A stretch of DNA of 64,000 nt. Source: an uncultured Clostridia bacterium. Its GTDB lineage: Bacteria; Bacillota; Clostridia; Christensenellales; Aristaeellaceae. Positions within the stretch are counted from its first letter, which is position 1. Every line of letters starts with the position of its first letter. Position numbers and translations under genes: made by a program. Below, piece after piece: positions 62,230 through 64,000 of the stretch. The notes beneath the pieces are model-generated. The model was not told the origin of the DNA, made no database searches, and was given only the letters and a program-made list of their open reading frames with translations. The stretch spans positions 1,076-65,075 of the forward strand of contig CAKUKE010000008.1 of NCBI GenBank assembly GCA_934662505.1. Reading direction: 5' to 3'.

Positions 62230-62637
62230 ATGGCTCGCAGACAGGCGCGCGCGGCCGCGATGCAGATGGTGTATGAAAACATGCTGGGCGGCGACGGCGG
62301 AGAGGATACGCTTCAGGGGCTGATCGGCTTTGAAGCGGACGAGGAGGACAGGGCGTATCTGGACAGCGTGGTGAACGGCGTGGCGCAGAATGCGTCCCGG
62401 CTGGATGAAACCATCTGCAAATATCTGAAGGACTGGTCGCTGGATCGGATCGCCCGGGTAGATCGCGCGGTGATGCGGCTGGCCATTTATGAGCTTATCC
62501 ACACGCCGGAGGTGCCGGGCAACGTGGTCATCAGCGAGGCGGTGGCGCTGGCGCAGAAGTACGGCACGCCTGAGGGCGGCCGCTTTGTCAACGGGGTGCT
62601 CAGCAGCGTGTTGAGGGACAGGGACGGTCAGGCATGA
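62230..62637 (+). CDS. nusB: transcription antitermination factor NusB
   Basis: 135 aa with ...RQARAAAMQMVYE...LDRIARVDRAVMRLAIYEL...ISEAVALAQKYG.... Confidence 0.95.
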   Translation: MARRQARAAAMQMVYENMLGGDGGEDTLQGLIGFEADEEDRAYLDSVVNGVAQNASRLDETICKYLKDWSLDRIARVDRAVMRLAIYELIHTPEVPGNVVISEAVALAQKYGTPEGGRFVNGVLSSVLRDRDGQA

Positions 62638-63587
62638 ACTGCGTCCTGGGGATCGACACCAGCTGCTACACCACTTCGGTGGCGCTGGCGCAGCCGGATC
62701 ATGTGGCGGCGAGCCGCCGCATGCTTTTACCTGTACCGGAAGGAGAACGCGGCCTGCGTCAAAGCGAGGCCGTGTTTGCGCATATAAAGCAGTTGCCCGA
62801 TCTGATGGACGAATTGTTTTCCACCTGCCCGGAGGCCCGGGTCACGGGGGTGTGCGTATCCGCCGCGCCCTGCGACGGGGAGGACAGCTACATGCCCGTC
62901 TTTCGGGCAGGGGTGTCGACGGCACGGTCGGTGGCAGCGGCGCTGCGGGTGCCGCTGTGGACGACCACCCATCAGCGGGGACATGTGCGCGCTGCGCTGG
63001 CGGAGACTGGGCTGACCCCGGGGCCGCTGCTCGCGGTGCATCTCTCCGGCGGCACGACGGATGTGCTGCAGGTGGCGGACGGCAGGATCGTAAAGCTCGG
63101 TTCATCGCTGGATCTGCACGCAGGCCAGCTGGTGGATCGGATCGGGGTCAGGTTGGGGCTGCCCTTTCCCTGCGGCCCCCATCTGGAAAAGCTGGCGGTG
63201 CAGGGAACGGCGCGGGGGCTTCTGCCGGTGAGCATGGCGGGAGTGGACTGTCACCTGTCCGGTGCGGAAACAAGGCTTCTTCAGGAACTGGCGCGGGGGC
63301 TTTCGCCGGAGGACGGCGCGGCGGAGGTGTATCATCTTCTCTGCCGCACGGTGCTGCGCATGCTGGATGCGGCGCGGGAAAAGACGGGCGTCAGCCGGGT
63401 GCTGCTGGCAGGCGGCGTGGCGTCTTCGTCCCTGTTCAGGCAGATGCTCCTGCAGCGCTGCCGTCAGCGGAAAATGGGATTGCAGCTGTTCTTTGGCAAG
63501 CCCGAATACTCGGGGGATAACGCCTGCGGCGTGGCCCTCATCGGCGCAGAAAAACAGATGGGGGGAACCGGCGGATGGCAGCTGTGA
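62634..63587 (+). CDS. TsaD/Kae1 (peptidase M22, ASKHA fold) family paralog of unknown role
   Basis: 317 aa with MNCVLGIDTSCYTTSVAL..., THQRGH (in place of HxEGH), LLAGGVASSSLFRQ and GDNACGVA. It lacks the canonical TsaD GGVVPE segment. Overlaps the nusB stop by 4 nt. Confidence 0.65.
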   Translation: MNCVLGIDTSCYTTSVALAQPDHVAASRRMLLPVPEGERGLRQSEAVFAHIKQLPDLMDELFSTCPEARVTGVCVSAAPCDGEDSYMPVFRAGVSTARSVAAALRVPLWTTTHQRGHVRAALAETGLTPGPLLAVHLSGGTTDVLQVADGRIVKLGSSLDLHAGQLVDRIGVRLGLPFPCGPHLEKLAVQGTARGLLPVSMAGVDCHLSGAETRLLQELARGLSPEDGAAEVYHLLCRTVLRMLDAAREKTGVSRVLLAGGVASSSLFRQMLLQRCRQRKMGLQLFFGKPEYSGDNACGVALIGAEKQMGGTGGWQL

Positions 63588-63589
63588 GA

Positions 63590-64000
63590 ATGGACGGAAA
63601 GGCGCTGGCGGAGAAGCTGGCGGAAGGTCAGAAAAAAAGAGTGGCGGCACTGACCGCGGCGGGGAAGACCGTTACGCTGGCCGTCGTGCTGGCGGGGGAC
63701 GACCCGGCCAGTCAGGTCTATGTGCGCAACAAGGAAAAGGCGTGCGCGGCGCTGGGCATCCGCTCCCGATCGGTGACCCTTCCCGCGGACGTGTCACAGG
63801 AGACGCTGGAGCGCACGCTGGACGAGGTGTGCCGGGATGATGAGGTGGACGGCGTGCTGCTGCAGCTGCCCCTGCCCGGCGGGCTGAACGAGCGGGCGGC
63901 GCTGGCGCACGTGACCCCCGAAAAAGACGTGGACGGGTTCCACCTGCTCAACGGCGGCGCGCTGCTGGCGGGGGAAAAGGGTACGGAGCCCTGCACGCCC
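63590..64000 (+). CDS. folD: bifunctional methylenetetrahydrofolate dehydrogenase/cyclohydrolase FolD, N-terminal 137 aa (runs off the window end)
   Basis: MDGKALAEKLAEGQKKRVAALTAAGKTVTLAVVLAGDDPASQVYVRNKEKAC...QLPLP...DVDGFH. The frame is open to 64000. A GTG at 63584 is an alternative start. Confidence 0.92.
   Translation, partial: MDGKALAEKLAEGQKKRVAALTAAGKTVTLAVVLAGDDPASQVYVRNKEKACAALGIRSRSVTLPADVSQETLERTLDEVCRDDEVDGVLLQLPLPGGLNERAALAHVTPEKDVDGFHLLNGGALLAGEKGTEPCTP

Noticed and set aside
62495-62503. Perfect DnaA box TTATCCACA inside nusB
   Set aside because: It is a single isolated 9-mer within a coding sequence (encodes ...ELIHTP...). One chance occurrence in 64 kb is expected. Near-matches in gyrB (45372) and gyrA (48468) are dismissed on the same grounds.

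Overview
GC-rich Clostridia-type Firmicute chromosome segment. Sporulation genes cwlD and ylmC are present, along with CtsR, CIRCE, T-box and NrdR regulatory sites. Nearly all of it is core housekeeping. The left 42 kb is mostly on the minus strand: ppdK, nrdDG, yhbY-obg, purR, a glycerol-3-P-dehydrogenase-like pair, clpB, PFOR/nifJ, nrdR, coaE-polA, alaS and bioY. The right 21 kb is mostly on the plus strand: cwlD, gyrB-gyrA, two MATE pumps, groESL, hisS-aspS, asp23-amaP-nusB and folD. I found no transposase, integrase, CRISPR array, rRNA or tRNA. The most notable signal sits exactly at the strand switch (about 42.47-42.96 kb). It is a dense cluster of consensus DnaA boxes next to a roughly 70% A+T block, with gyrBA 2.3 kb away and no dnaA or dnaN anywhere in the window. 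This is a candidate oriC uncoupled from dnaA. Next to it are a 0.7 kb GC-rich repeat-bearing non-coding block and an orphan HTH plus sigma-region-4-like gene pair. Other points worth a second look are an antitoxin-less MazF translationally coupled to a BirA-HAD fusion, a MutY-GNAT fusion, and an AlaRS lacking C-Ala behind an Ala T-box. There is also an archaeal-type AspRS behind a T-box with overlapping GAC/CAU specifier codons, and a uORF/double-terminator leader in front of a MATE pump. Many long listed ORFs are antisense shadows typical of GC-rich DNA and were rejected.
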